Positions 1 through 8,413 of a stretch of 64,000 bases of DNA are shown here, piece by piece; within the stretch, counting starts at the first letter, position 1; every line of letters starts with the position of its first letter. The translations under genes were made by a program, and so were the position numbers. The stretch lies in assembly GCA_038524545.1 (NCBI GenBank), contig JBCBIK010000001.1, positions 39,001 to 103,000 on the forward strand. The letters are read 5' to 3'. The DNA comes from Cyanobacteria bacterium J06623_4 (GTDB lineage Bacteria > Cyanobacteriota > Cyanobacteriia > Phormidesmidales > Phormidesmidaceae). Under the pieces are notes generated by a model. It was not told the DNA's origin. It saw only the letters and a program-made list of their open reading frames with translations, and did no database searches.

Positions 1-1126
1 TTTTTTCAGCCTCTAGCTGCTGAACGAGGGTGCGGTGACGCGCTGCATCGGGCTTGCCATCAGGTCCTTGGACCTGGAAGGAGACCAGACCTGATGGTGG
101 CGGTGTCTCGCTTAGCAAACAGACTACCTGGGGCAGCTCGCGTAACCCCCGCCAGAGGCGCGCACTCAGAGTGCAAATTCGGTCGTAGCGCACTTGGCTA
201 TTGCCCCACGCGTCTTGCACAGCCATCGCCTGGCGTAGCGCACTCCACAGCCCATAGTCAGACGTTGCCACCTCGTACCGGCGGGCATCTGGCTCCCAGC
301 CTGTGGGATTGGCTTGGGCATCGACTTCCACGCCACGCCATCCGATAAAGGTGGGCGTAGTTTCTTCCAGTCGGTCGGGCCGAGTGTACAGCGCGCCCAG
401 TCCTGCTGGGCCACATAGCCACTTGTGACCCGTGAAGGCGTAATAGTCGACGCCCGTCTCTGACAGCTGTGAACCGGGCTGGTCGAGCGGTAGCGTACCG
501 GCAGACTGGGCCGCATCGACCAGTAGGCGGGTGTGAGGCGAGTGAGTATGGCAAAGATCAGCGAGTTCCCGGAGCGGCAGCACCTGTCCGGTATTCCACA
601 AAATGTGACTCACGATCACCAGCCGGGTCTCTGGGCGCAGCGCCTGTGAAATCACCGCCACCGGGTCTGAGCCCGTCAACAGGCTCGACAGCGCGCAGGT
701 GCTGACACTCACGTCATATCGTCGGCTCAGCTCACGTACAGCCGCTACGACACCGGGGTGCTCACAGTCTCCGAGCAAAATATGGTCACCAGGCTGCCAG
801 GGCAGTCCCCAGAGTGGAATATTGCAGCCAACGGTTACATTTTCGGTCAGCGTAATCGTCTCGGGAGAGGTGCCTAGGGCCAGTGCGATCGCTGCTCGAA
901 TCAGCTGACTCTCTTCCTGCAGCCACTCATACACTGCCCCAGCGAAGGGGCCGTCTTGCTGAATTTTTTGCTGCGCTTCTACCATGGCCGTCATCGCGCT
1001 GTCGGCCATCGGTCCCTGACCGCCATAGTTAAAATAGTGCTTGTTCTTTAATGCTGGAAACTGTGCACGGTGCTGGGCCAGCGTCGACGTCACCGAATCG
1101 ATTTGGCGGTCAATACTTTCAACCAT
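1..1126 (-). CDS. Aminotransferase class V-fold PLP-dependent enzyme (cysteine desulfurase-like); C-terminus runs off the window
   Basis: Absent from the ORF track because there is no stop inside the window. My reverse-strand translation from ATG at 1126 gives MVESIDRQIDS...FNYGGQGPM...YYAFTGHKWLCGPAGLGALY (PLP-lysine motif of the class V fold) and stays open to position 1. Confidence 0.8.
   Translation of the reverse strand, partial: MVESIDRQIDSVTSTLAQHRAQFPALKNKHYFNYGGQGPMADSAMTAMVEAQQKIQQDGPFAGAVYEWLQEESQLIRAAIALALGTSPETITLTENVTVGCNIPLWGLPWQPGDHILLGDCEHPGVVAAVRELSRRYDVSVSTCALSSLLTGSDPVAVISQALRPETRLVIVSHILWNTGQVLPLRELADLCHTHSPHTRLLVDAAQSAGTLPLDQPGSQLSETGVDYYAFTGHKWLCGPAGLGALYTRPDRLEETTPTFIGWRGVEVDAQANPTGWEPDARRYEVATSDYGLWSALRQAMAVQDAWGNSQVRYDRICTLSARLWRGLRELPQVVCLLSETPPPSGLVSFQVQGPDGKPDAARHRTLVQQLEAEK
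885..892. repeat. HIP1 octamer GCGATCGC (one example of many copies across the window)
   Basis: Examples are at 885-892, 1988-1995 and 56633-56640, with many more visible by eye in both genes and spacers. This highly iterated palindrome is typical of cyanobacterial chromosomes. Confidence 0.8.
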
Positions 1127-1277
1127 AAAGAACTCGTTGAGTTGGTATAGTAATCTTCGCTAAGGCCATTTGGCCGGTGCAATCTGGATGCGATTTGGAT
1201 GTATGCAAACAGCCTAGCGCTGCTTAGCTGTGATCGTTTTACAGTATGCCGTGCCCGTACTGCCCGCAAGCTTGTCT

Positions 1278-1814
1278 ATGCCCTCCTTTAAGTCAGTCAT
1301 CGCCCTCAGCACTCTCATTCTTCTTGGCCTTACGAGCTGTAGTGCCAAGGTCTCTCAGTGCAACTCGCTGATCTCCACAATTAACAGTGCGCAAGACTTT
1401 CGAACGGAGTATGAGCAGGCGATGGGCCAGTCGCTTGAGCAAATCTCTAACGCACAAAATTTGGCAGAGACTAAGTCAGCCGCGAGTCAATATGTCGCTG
1501 CCGTCGAAAATGCCAGCGAGAACACTAGTCAGCTTGTGCAGGCCCTTGGCAATCTCAACCTTGACGATGAGCAGCTGGTGGAATATCGCAACCGATACAG
1601 CGCGGTGATCACCCAGTGGACTGAGGCGCTAACCTCTGCCCAAGAAGCGATGCAGCGTCTGGCCACGGCAGACACAGAAGCGGCCTTCCGAGACGATTTT
1701 GACCAGTTTCAAAAGCAAACCAACAGCGCCTACAGCACAATTCAGGCCACTGATGCCGAAGAGAGCAGCCTGATCGAAGGCATCAATGCCTACTGCGATT
1801 CAGCGGCTCAATAA
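1278..1814 (+). CDS. Hypothetical helical lipoprotein
   Basis: ORF 1230..1814. Internal ATG at 1278 gives [21 protein letters not shown], a signal peptide plus lipobox Cys. No recognisable catalytic motif. Confidence 0.6.
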   Translation: MPSFKSVIALSTLILLGLTSCSAKVSQCNSLISTINSAQDFRTEYEQAMGQSLEQISNAQNLAETKSAASQYVAAVENASENTSQLVQALGNLNLDDEQLVEYRNRYSAVITQWTEALTSAQEAMQRLATADTEAAFRDDFDQFQKQTNSAYSTIQATDAEESSLIEGINAYCDSAAQ

Positions 1815-1819
1815 GCGGG

Positions 1820-3202
1820 ATGATAAACGGAACGACCCACGGAACTCACACCATGACATTTCTAAAGCTGATCGATCAGCACCCTCACAAAACGCTAGAA
1901 ATTGACGGTAGCCAGAGCGGCCCGCTGACAGGCACTATCACGGTTCCAGGGGATAAATCCATCTCACACAGAGCCCTCATGCTGGGCGCGATCGCCCAGG
2001 GAACCACCAAAATCAAAGGCCTGCTGCTAGGTGAGGACCCTCGCAGCACCGCAGCTTGCTTCAGCGCTATGGGCGCAAAAATATCAGACCTTGAGTCGGA
2101 ATGGGTCACCGTAGAGGGCACTGGCGGTCAGCTACAGGAGCCCGATGGGGTGCTAGATGCAGGCAATTCTGGCACGACGCTCAGACTCATGTTGGGCCTA
2201 TTGGCCTCGCAGCCGGGTCAGTTTTTTGCGGTTACAGGCGATCAGTCGCTGCGATCGCGGCCCATGAAACGAGTGATCGCACCGCTAACCGAAATGGGCG
2301 CCTGCATCGCGGGTAAAGCGCAAAATACCCTCGCCCCGCTCGGCGTGACTGGGCAGCAGCTAAAGCCCTTTCACTACCACTCTCCTATCGCTTCTGCCCA
2401 GGTAAAGTCTTGCCTACTGCTGGCCGGTCTTTCGATCAGCGGCGACACGACCGTGACCGAGCCCAGCCTCTCCCGCGATCACAGCGAGCGCATGCTCCAG
2501 GCCTTCGGCGCAAACCTCTCTATCGAGTCGGAAACCCACAGCGTCACCTTGCACGGCCCGGCAACACTCTCTGGCCAGACGGTGATCGTTCCAGGGGACA
2601 TCAGCTCTGCGGCCTTTTGGCTCGTAGCAGCCGTCATCACTCCTGGGTCAGATCTACTCATTGAAAATGTCGGCATCAACCCTACTCGAACAGGCATTCT
2701 GGATGCGCTCAAAGCGATGGAGGCAGACATCAGCCTAGAAAATGAGCGGGATGTCACTGGCGAACCGGTGGCCGACCTGCGTGTGCGGCACAGCCAGCTC
2801 AAAGGGTGTCATATCGGTGGGGCGCTCATTCCTCGCCTGATTGACGAGGTGCCTATCCTGGCGATCGCAGCGCTCTTTGCCACTGGCAAAACTATCATCA
2901 CAGATGCCGCTGAACTCAGGGTCAAAGAGAGCGATCGCCTGGCGGTAATGGCCGCTGCGATCGCTCAGCTCGGCGGGCACATCATCGAACAGCCCGATGG
3001 CTTAGAAATCAGCGGCATGGGTTCAGATGCTCAGCTCACAGCAGTCCAGCTAGATAGCTACACCGACCACCGAATTGCCATGAGCCTGGCGATCGCCGCC
3101 ACCCGCGCCCCTGGAAAGACGCAAATTCAGCGAGCTGAAGCGGCCGCCGTCTCCTACCCTAGCTTCATCGCAACGCTCGAAACGGCAGCTGCCATGATGT
3201 AA
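1820..3202 (+). CDS. aroA: 3-phosphoshikimate 1-carboxyvinyltransferase (EPSP synthase)
   Basis: 460-aa ORF with [27 protein letters not shown] and RVKESDRL motifs typical of AroA. The true start may be ATG at 1853 (MTFLKL). Confidence 0.95.
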   Translation: MINGTTHGTHTMTFLKLIDQHPHKTLEIDGSQSGPLTGTITVPGDKSISHRALMLGAIAQGTTKIKGLLLGEDPRSTAACFSAMGAKISDLESEWVTVEGTGGQLQEPDGVLDAGNSGTTLRLMLGLLASQPGQFFAVTGDQSLRSRPMKRVIAPLTEMGACIAGKAQNTLAPLGVTGQQLKPFHYHSPIASAQVKSCLLLAGLSISGDTTVTEPSLSRDHSERMLQAFGANLSIESETHSVTLHGPATLSGQTVIVPGDISSAAFWLVAAVITPGSDLLIENVGINPTRTGILDALKAMEADISLENERDVTGEPVADLRVRHSQLKGCHIGGALIPRLIDEVPILAIAALFATGKTIITDAAELRVKESDRLAVMAAAIAQLGGHIIEQPDGLEISGMGSDAQLTAVQLDSYTDHRIAMSLAIAATRAPGKTQIQRAEAAAVSYPSFIATLETAAAMM

Positions 3203-3434
3203 CCTTTTCGGTTAACTTGCCTGAGATATTCTTTTTCCTAAGCGATTTGATCGCCGTAGCGTTTTCTCAGACAGTTTTACAACCGTTTCTGCGCACGATT
3301 CCCCTGTGCCGGGCATTCTAAGAACATCCCCACTGCCCCGATCCCCCATCTTTTAGGGCAAATTACCCGACGAAATCGTATCGAATCGTCATTAGGCGGT
3401 CATCGCGTGGTTATCGCACGTGTTTACAAGCTGT

Positions 3435-3470
3435 TTCGTCAATTGATTCGTCAACTTGTTCGTAAATTGA
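3435..3470. repeat. Three tandem 12-bp direct repeats (TTCGTCAATTGA / TTCGTCAACTTG / TTCGTAAATTGA)
   Basis: Read directly from the sequence, about 200 bp upstream of the REC-GGDEF-EAL gene start. Function unknown. Confidence 0.7.
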
Positions 3471-3672
3471 TGTAAACCCTTATCAATACATTTGCGCAGA
3501 GATCCTAACTTAAGGACGCAGGTGCGCTAGTTTGTTGCTAAGTTTATCTACTTACGGACTCATTCAGCCAATCAGGGTACTTTCTTTAGAACAACGACGG
3601 GTGTGTCTCTTGTTTGTTTCCTTTATTAACATCCTTAGGACCCACCAGGGATGCGAGGGCTAAGAATCGTCC

Positions 3673-5421
3673 ATGCAAAAAATCTTAGTCATAGATTCTC
3701 CTGGCCCTAGGCGTACTGACCTAGTGGAGCACCTAGAGTCTGAGGACTTTCTAGTCGACGTAGCAGATGATGGGCCGTCGGGCATTCATGCTGCACGTAG
3801 GCATCGACCTGATGTGATTCTGTGCAGTTGGGCGCTGGCTGCGCCAGATACACCCGGGCTCAATGGTCATCAGGTGCTAGAGGCCATCCGCCAAGACGGT
3901 GAGCTACTGCTCACACCCTTCATACTCATTACCGACGAAACGGAGCGATCGCACACCCGCCGCGCCATGGAATATGGCGCTGACGATTGCTTAGTGCGGC
4001 CAGTCACTCACGCCGACATTTCAAACACGATTGCCGCTCGTATCAACCGGCTACAGGCAACCAATGAGCTATACGTTACGACGCTGCGCAATACTGCCGA
4101 GCAAATAAACCGACTAGCCCACTACGACAGCCTGACTGATTTGCCCAACTACCGGCTGCTACACCAGCGACTAAGTCAGGCCATTGTGGCGGCCCACAGC
4201 AGTCAGCAGACGTTGGCCTTCATGTCTATCAGCCTAGATCGGCTAAGGCTAGTGAATACCGTATTGGGCTACCCAGCCGGTGATGAGCTGCTCAAAGCAT
4301 CTGCCCGGCGTATGGAGGCCTGCCTACCCCAGAGCGCCACCCTAGCCAGGCTCACCGCCAACCAATTTGCCGTCTTCCTTCCCAACTTGGAGCGTCCTCA
4401 GCAGGCGAGAGAAACCGCCGCCAACCTAATGGACGCGCTCAGTCGCCCTTTCTCGCTGCCTGGGCAAGAAGTCTTTGTTACCACCAGCATTGGCATTGCC
4501 TTTTTACTGCACCAGAGCGAAGATCTCTCCACGCTGCTGCGCCAGGCGGATGCCGCCCTAGAATTTGCCAAAAAGCAAAAGAGCAACTATTGCCAGTTTT
4601 ACCGGTCTGACATGCCGGTGGCCTTCAGCGACCAAATCACCATGGAAACCTGGCTGCGCTATGCCCTTGAGCGCAGCGAATTTGAGGTGTACTACCAGCC
4701 ACAGCTGAATGTGAGAAGTGGCAATATTGAGGGCAGTGAAGCGCTTATTCGCTGGCGGCATCCAGAGCATGGCTACATCTCACCGGCCAAATTTGTCCCC
4801 CTTGCAGAAGATACGGGCCTGATTGTAGAAATTGGCCAGTGGGTGCTGAAAACGGCCTGCACCCAGGCCAGACGCTGGATTAGTCAGGACCTGGGCATCA
4901 AGTACGTTTCGATCAATCTGTCTAGCGTTCAGTTCAACCAGCCCAATCTGATCGACTCGGTGAAAAATACGCTGGCAACCACTGGTCTGGCCCCGCAGAA
5001 CTTGGAGCTAGAGGTCACAGAGACTGCCCTCATGCAGGACGCGGAGTCGGCGATCGCTATCCTAACTGAGCTAAAGGCCCTTGGTATTCGTATCGCCATT
5101 GATGACTTTGGTACTGGCTACTCTTCGCTGAGCTATCTCAAGCAGCTCCCCATCGACACCTTAAAAATAGACAACTGCTTCGTGCGTGGGGCTACCCACG
5201 ATCCCAAAAACCAAGCCATCTTGCAGTCCACTATTGAGCTTGCCCATCGCCTCGATCTCAAAGTGGTTGCCGAAGGGGTCGAAAATCAGGCCGAACAGGC
5301 TTTGCTTAGCCAATATCAGTGCGACTATCTGCAGGGCTATTGGGTGGGTAGGCCCATGCCTGCAACCCGCATCGAAGGTGCTTTGAGAGAAGCCAGAGAA
5401 GAACAGGCTTCTTTTGTATAG
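3673..5421 (+). CDS. Multidomain c-di-GMP protein: receiver-like domain + degenerate GGDEF + intact EAL phosphodiesterase
   Basis: EAL motifs are present (EALIRW, SINLS, ELEVTE, DDFGTGYSS, KIDNCF, EGVE, QGY). The GGDEF position reads TANQF. The receiver phospho-acceptor position reads S (PDVILCSWAL). Confidence 0.9.
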   Translation: MQKILVIDSPGPRRTDLVEHLESEDFLVDVADDGPSGIHAARRHRPDVILCSWALAAPDTPGLNGHQVLEAIRQDGELLLTPFILITDETERSHTRRAMEYGADDCLVRPVTHADISNTIAARINRLQATNELYVTTLRNTAEQINRLAHYDSLTDLPNYRLLHQRLSQAIVAAHSSQQTLAFMSISLDRLRLVNTVLGYPAGDELLKASARRMEACLPQSATLARLTANQFAVFLPNLERPQQARETAANLMDALSRPFSLPGQEVFVTTSIGIAFLLHQSEDLSTLLRQADAALEFAKKQKSNYCQFYRSDMPVAFSDQITMETWLRYALERSEFEVYYQPQLNVRSGNIEGSEALIRWRHPEHGYISPAKFVPLAEDTGLIVEIGQWVLKTACTQARRWISQDLGIKYVSINLSSVQFNQPNLIDSVKNTLATTGLAPQNLELEVTETALMQDAESAIAILTELKALGIRIAIDDFGTGYSSLSYLKQLPIDTLKIDNCFVRGATHDPKNQAILQSTIELAHRLDLKVVAEGVENQAEQALLSQYQCDYLQGYWVGRPMPATRIEGALREAREEQASFV

Positions 5422-5664
5422 CCTTTGGCTGTATAGCTTCTGGATAGCGTCTGGATAGGTCCGTGGTGTGACTGACTGATGTGTGAAATTCGCGTTGCAT
5501 TGTGCGTGTGTTGTGCAATGCATCAATGAAAATCAATGAATACCATTGAAGAAATCTCATTATTTCCGTAAGGAGGTGTCAAAAAGCACCGTAATTTCTC
5601 TAGGGTAAGTGGGCATATTAAACACACAACGCCTTAACGGTTTCTTCGGGACCGCGCTTTTTCT

Positions 5665-6126
5665 ATGATGAATCAGCTTAACAACTGGCTTTGCAGCATC
5701 CGTACATATGCTGACCTAAGCCCCGACCTCACCCTTCGCCGCCAGATCAACCAGCAGATGGAAGATCGTGGCCGCGCTTTGCTAGACCTTACGGACTGGT
5801 GTGCGCTTTTCTCTACGGAGATAGCAGACAGACCTGTGCTTGCCTTTGTCTACCGCCAGTTTGGCGACTATTTGGGCATTGAGTTTGGCCGTATCAGACC
5901 TAGCGACCAGCTCATTGCTGACCTGCAGCTACCGCTGGTGTGCTGGCATGACTGGGCGATAGATTTTTGCGAAGACTTTTGCAATCAGTTTCAAGTCGAT
6001 TTGAGCGATCGCTTCGATGAGGCCAACTTCGATACGGTGGGCGAACTCGTTGCGTTTCTGATTGAACAGGCACCCCCACCTGTCTCCACGAAGCAGGAAA
6101 ACCTGGCTATGGCAGGCGTCCGCTAG
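5665..6126 (+). CDS. Hypothetical protein
   Basis: 153-aa ORF in an otherwise gene-free gap. No recognised motif. Confidence 0.5.
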   Translation: MMNQLNNWLCSIRTYADLSPDLTLRRQINQQMEDRGRALLDLTDWCALFSTEIADRPVLAFVYRQFGDYLGIEFGRIRPSDQLIADLQLPLVCWHDWAIDFCEDFCNQFQVDLSDRFDEANFDTVGELVAFLIEQAPPPVSTKQENLAMAGVR

Positions 6127-6279
6127 CCACAGCTGCTTTGTTAGATTATTTAAAAATCCATTACGTTTAGGCGATCATACCCACGACAGTTTGATAGGCT
6201 TTGAAAAAGTTTATTAAGCCGTATCTGAGTCATCCGTCTAAGTTCGGAGATTTCTAGCGAGGCTTCAGAAGAGATTTCA

Positions 6280-6798
6280 ATGCCAAGAACTCAGAAAAAC
6301 GACAACTTCATTGATAAGTCATTTACGGTCATGGCCGACATGATTTTGAAGATGCTGCCTGCCAAGCAGCAGGCAAAAGAAGCGTTTGCCTACTATCGCG
6401 ATGGCATGTCTGCCCAAGCAGACGGAGAATACGCCGAAGCGCTAGAGAACTATCGAGAAGCCCTCACTCTAGAGGAAGACCCCTACGATAAGAGCTACAT
6501 TCTTTACAATATGGGCCTTATCGAAGCGAGCAACGGTGAGCACCAAAAAGCCCTTGAGCTGTATCAGGAAGCGATTGACCTCAATCCTAGGCTGATTCAA
6601 GCACTGAACAATACTGCCGTGATCTATCACTATCAGGGCGAACAGGCAGAAGCGGCTGGCAACAAAACTGAAGCCAACACGCTATACGACGAAGCGGCTC
6701 GCTACTGGATGGAAGCAATTCGGATCGCGCCCAATAACTACATCGAAGCTCAGAACTGGCTTAAAGTAACTGGCCGCATGAAGCTAGACATGATCTAG
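6280..6798 (+). CDS. ycf3: Photosystem I assembly protein Ycf3 (TPR)
   Basis: [24 protein letters not shown]...[24 protein letters not shown]...[10 protein letters not shown] is the characteristic Ycf3 sequence. Length of 172 aa fits. Confidence 0.93.
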   Translation: MPRTQKNDNFIDKSFTVMADMILKMLPAKQQAKEAFAYYRDGMSAQADGEYAEALENYREALTLEEDPYDKSYILYNMGLIEASNGEHQKALELYQEAIDLNPRLIQALNNTAVIYHYQGEQAEAAGNKTEANTLYDEAARYWMEAIRIAPNNYIEAQNWLKVTGRMKLDMI

Positions 6799-6931
6799 CC
6801 GGGTGAGCGCGACTTGATTGGGTGACGACTTGATTCGGGGTAGGCGGTAAGCGCCCTGGTATTGGGCAAAAAGTCCGATACTATAAAAAACGTTGCTTAT
6901 TTCTTTTGCCCAGAGCGGTGTTACCCAAGTC

Positions 6932-7222
6932 ATGATCGATATTGAGCAGGTTCGCAAAGTCGCAAATTTGGCCCGTCTGGAGCTGAATGAAGCCGAAGAA
7001 GCACAGTTCACAGAGCAGCTGAACGGCATTTTGGAATATGTGCAGCAGCTGAACGAGCTAGACACTGAGGATGTGCCGCCTACGACGCGGGCCATTGAGG
7101 TGAGCAACATCACGCGCCCAGATCGGCTTGAAGTCTTCACTGATCGGGAGGCCATCTTGGACAGCGCACCGGAAAGGGAGGAAGATTTCTTCAAGGTGCC
7201 TAAGATTCTGGGCGGTGAGTAG
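6932..7222 (+). CDS. gatC: Asp-tRNA(Asn)/Glu-tRNA(Gln) amidotransferase subunit C
   Basis: [45 protein letters not shown] is the typical GatC sequence. The start was moved from the track start 6893 to the ATG at 6932. Confidence 0.9.
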   Translation: MIDIEQVRKVANLARLELNEAEEAQFTEQLNGILEYVQQLNELDTEDVPPTTRAIEVSNITRPDRLEVFTDREAILDSAPEREEDFFKVPKILGGE

Positions 7223-7279
7223 CTGCTCGGTCTGTAGTTTGGACTGCGGTTTAGACTGCAGCCCCGATCGCTCTGATTT

Positions 7280-7945
7280 TTACCGGGCTGTGTCCCACAC
7301 GGCGGTTATGAAGACGCCGAGCAGGCCTGTCACGAAAATAAATGGGATTGCGGACTGAATGAGTGGACTCAGGCTTGCCCAGAGGACTTCTGGAGAGAGG
7401 GCGATCGCAGTGAGCGCAGCCAGCATAATACCTGCAACGACAAGCGATAGAAACCTAGGAACAGTACTTAAGGCACGATCCAACCAGCCAGGCCGTAGCC
7501 TTCGAGGGACTACGTAAGTTGTTGAGATATGGTTGAGGTTCGGCTTCAGCCGACGATTTTGTATTTGCTTCTGCTGAGCAGGCTGGGCGGCTACGGTCGC
7601 CGCTAGCTCGCGGCGCCAAGTCTCTTCTAACTGGCTAAGCTCGGAGCGATGGCGCTGCTCTATACGCTTTAGCTGAGAGCGCAGCTTCTGAATTTTTTCG
7701 GCGGAGGCCTGTTGATGGTTGAAGTCAGCGTTGGATGGGTTGGCGTTGGATGGGTGAGAGTTTGATACGCAAGTGTGATGAGGTTGACGGCTGGGTTTGA
7801 CGTAGCCGGGAAATGGGGGCATTGCAAAGGCCTCTTCAGGTGATTGATTCACAGCTTTCTGTCTAGCTTTCTGTCTGAATGGGTTGGCATTTGAAGCCTG
7901 AATAGACGGGGTCTGAGCAGGCTTTGAAAATGTCGACATAACCAA
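7280..7945 (-). CDS. Hypothetical protein with coiled-coil segment and C-terminal transmembrane helices
   Basis: 221-aa ORF with a C-terminal hydrophobic stretch (FLSLVVAGIMLAALTAIAL ... IPFIFVTGLLGVFITAVW). Divergent from the STAND gene. Confidence 0.5.
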   Translation of the reverse strand: MVMSTFSKPAQTPSIQASNANPFRQKARQKAVNQSPEEAFAMPPFPGYVKPSRQPHHTCVSNSHPSNANPSNADFNHQQASAEKIQKLRSQLKRIEQRHRSELSQLEETWRRELAATVAAQPAQQKQIQNRRLKPNLNHISTTYVVPRRLRPGWLDRALSTVPRFLSLVVAGIMLAALTAIALSPEVLWASLSPLIQSAIPFIFVTGLLGVFITAVWDTAR

Positions 7946-8296
7946 TGACTCCTTCTCAGTCGGGGACAGACTGAGGTAGATACCTTGACCTTTTATGCAT
8001 TTCTCCGTGACGCTTAGCTCCTGCAGAACTTCAGTTGCAGAAACTTATTTGTAGAGGCTCTAGCGCTATGAAACTCATCGTTAGAGAGAAGCTCTCACGT
8101 TTTGTGAGTCAATAGCGTTGGTGATCGCCACGAATTAAATCTCACTTACCTCACAATCCAAACTTAGCGGCCTCACATTTTCCTGTCAAGTCTGAAAAAG
8201 TAGGAACAACGTTAACTGTATTGAACGATACAATGTCGGAAGCTGCGAGCCAATCTCGCTAGGGATATAAGTTTTTTGAATCTGAACGGCTAGGGC

Positions 8297-8320
8297 ATCT
8301 CACAATGACTCTTGTGAGAT
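8297..8320. promoter_or_regulatory. Perfect 9-bp inverted repeat ATCTCACAA-N6-TTGTGAGAT (putative operator)
   Basis: Read directly, about 95 bp upstream of the STAND gene start. It is part of a cluster of 8 CTCAC/GTGAG pentamers between 8094 and 8332. Confidence 0.3.
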
Positions 8321-8413
8321 ACACTGTGTGAGTTCTAATGCCTAAGCAATAAGCCTAAGCCGTAGAACGTAGCGATATTACCGGTCTGAAATGTTCTTGA
8401 TGACGACTTGTCT

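Noticed and set aside
5665-6126. A possible acyl-carrier-protein-like C-terminus (DLSDRFDEANFDTVGELVAFLIEQ) in the 153-aa hypothetical protein.
   Set aside because: The resemblance is only loose and helical, and the phosphopantetheine-attachment Ser (DSL) is not present. It is not a supportable call.
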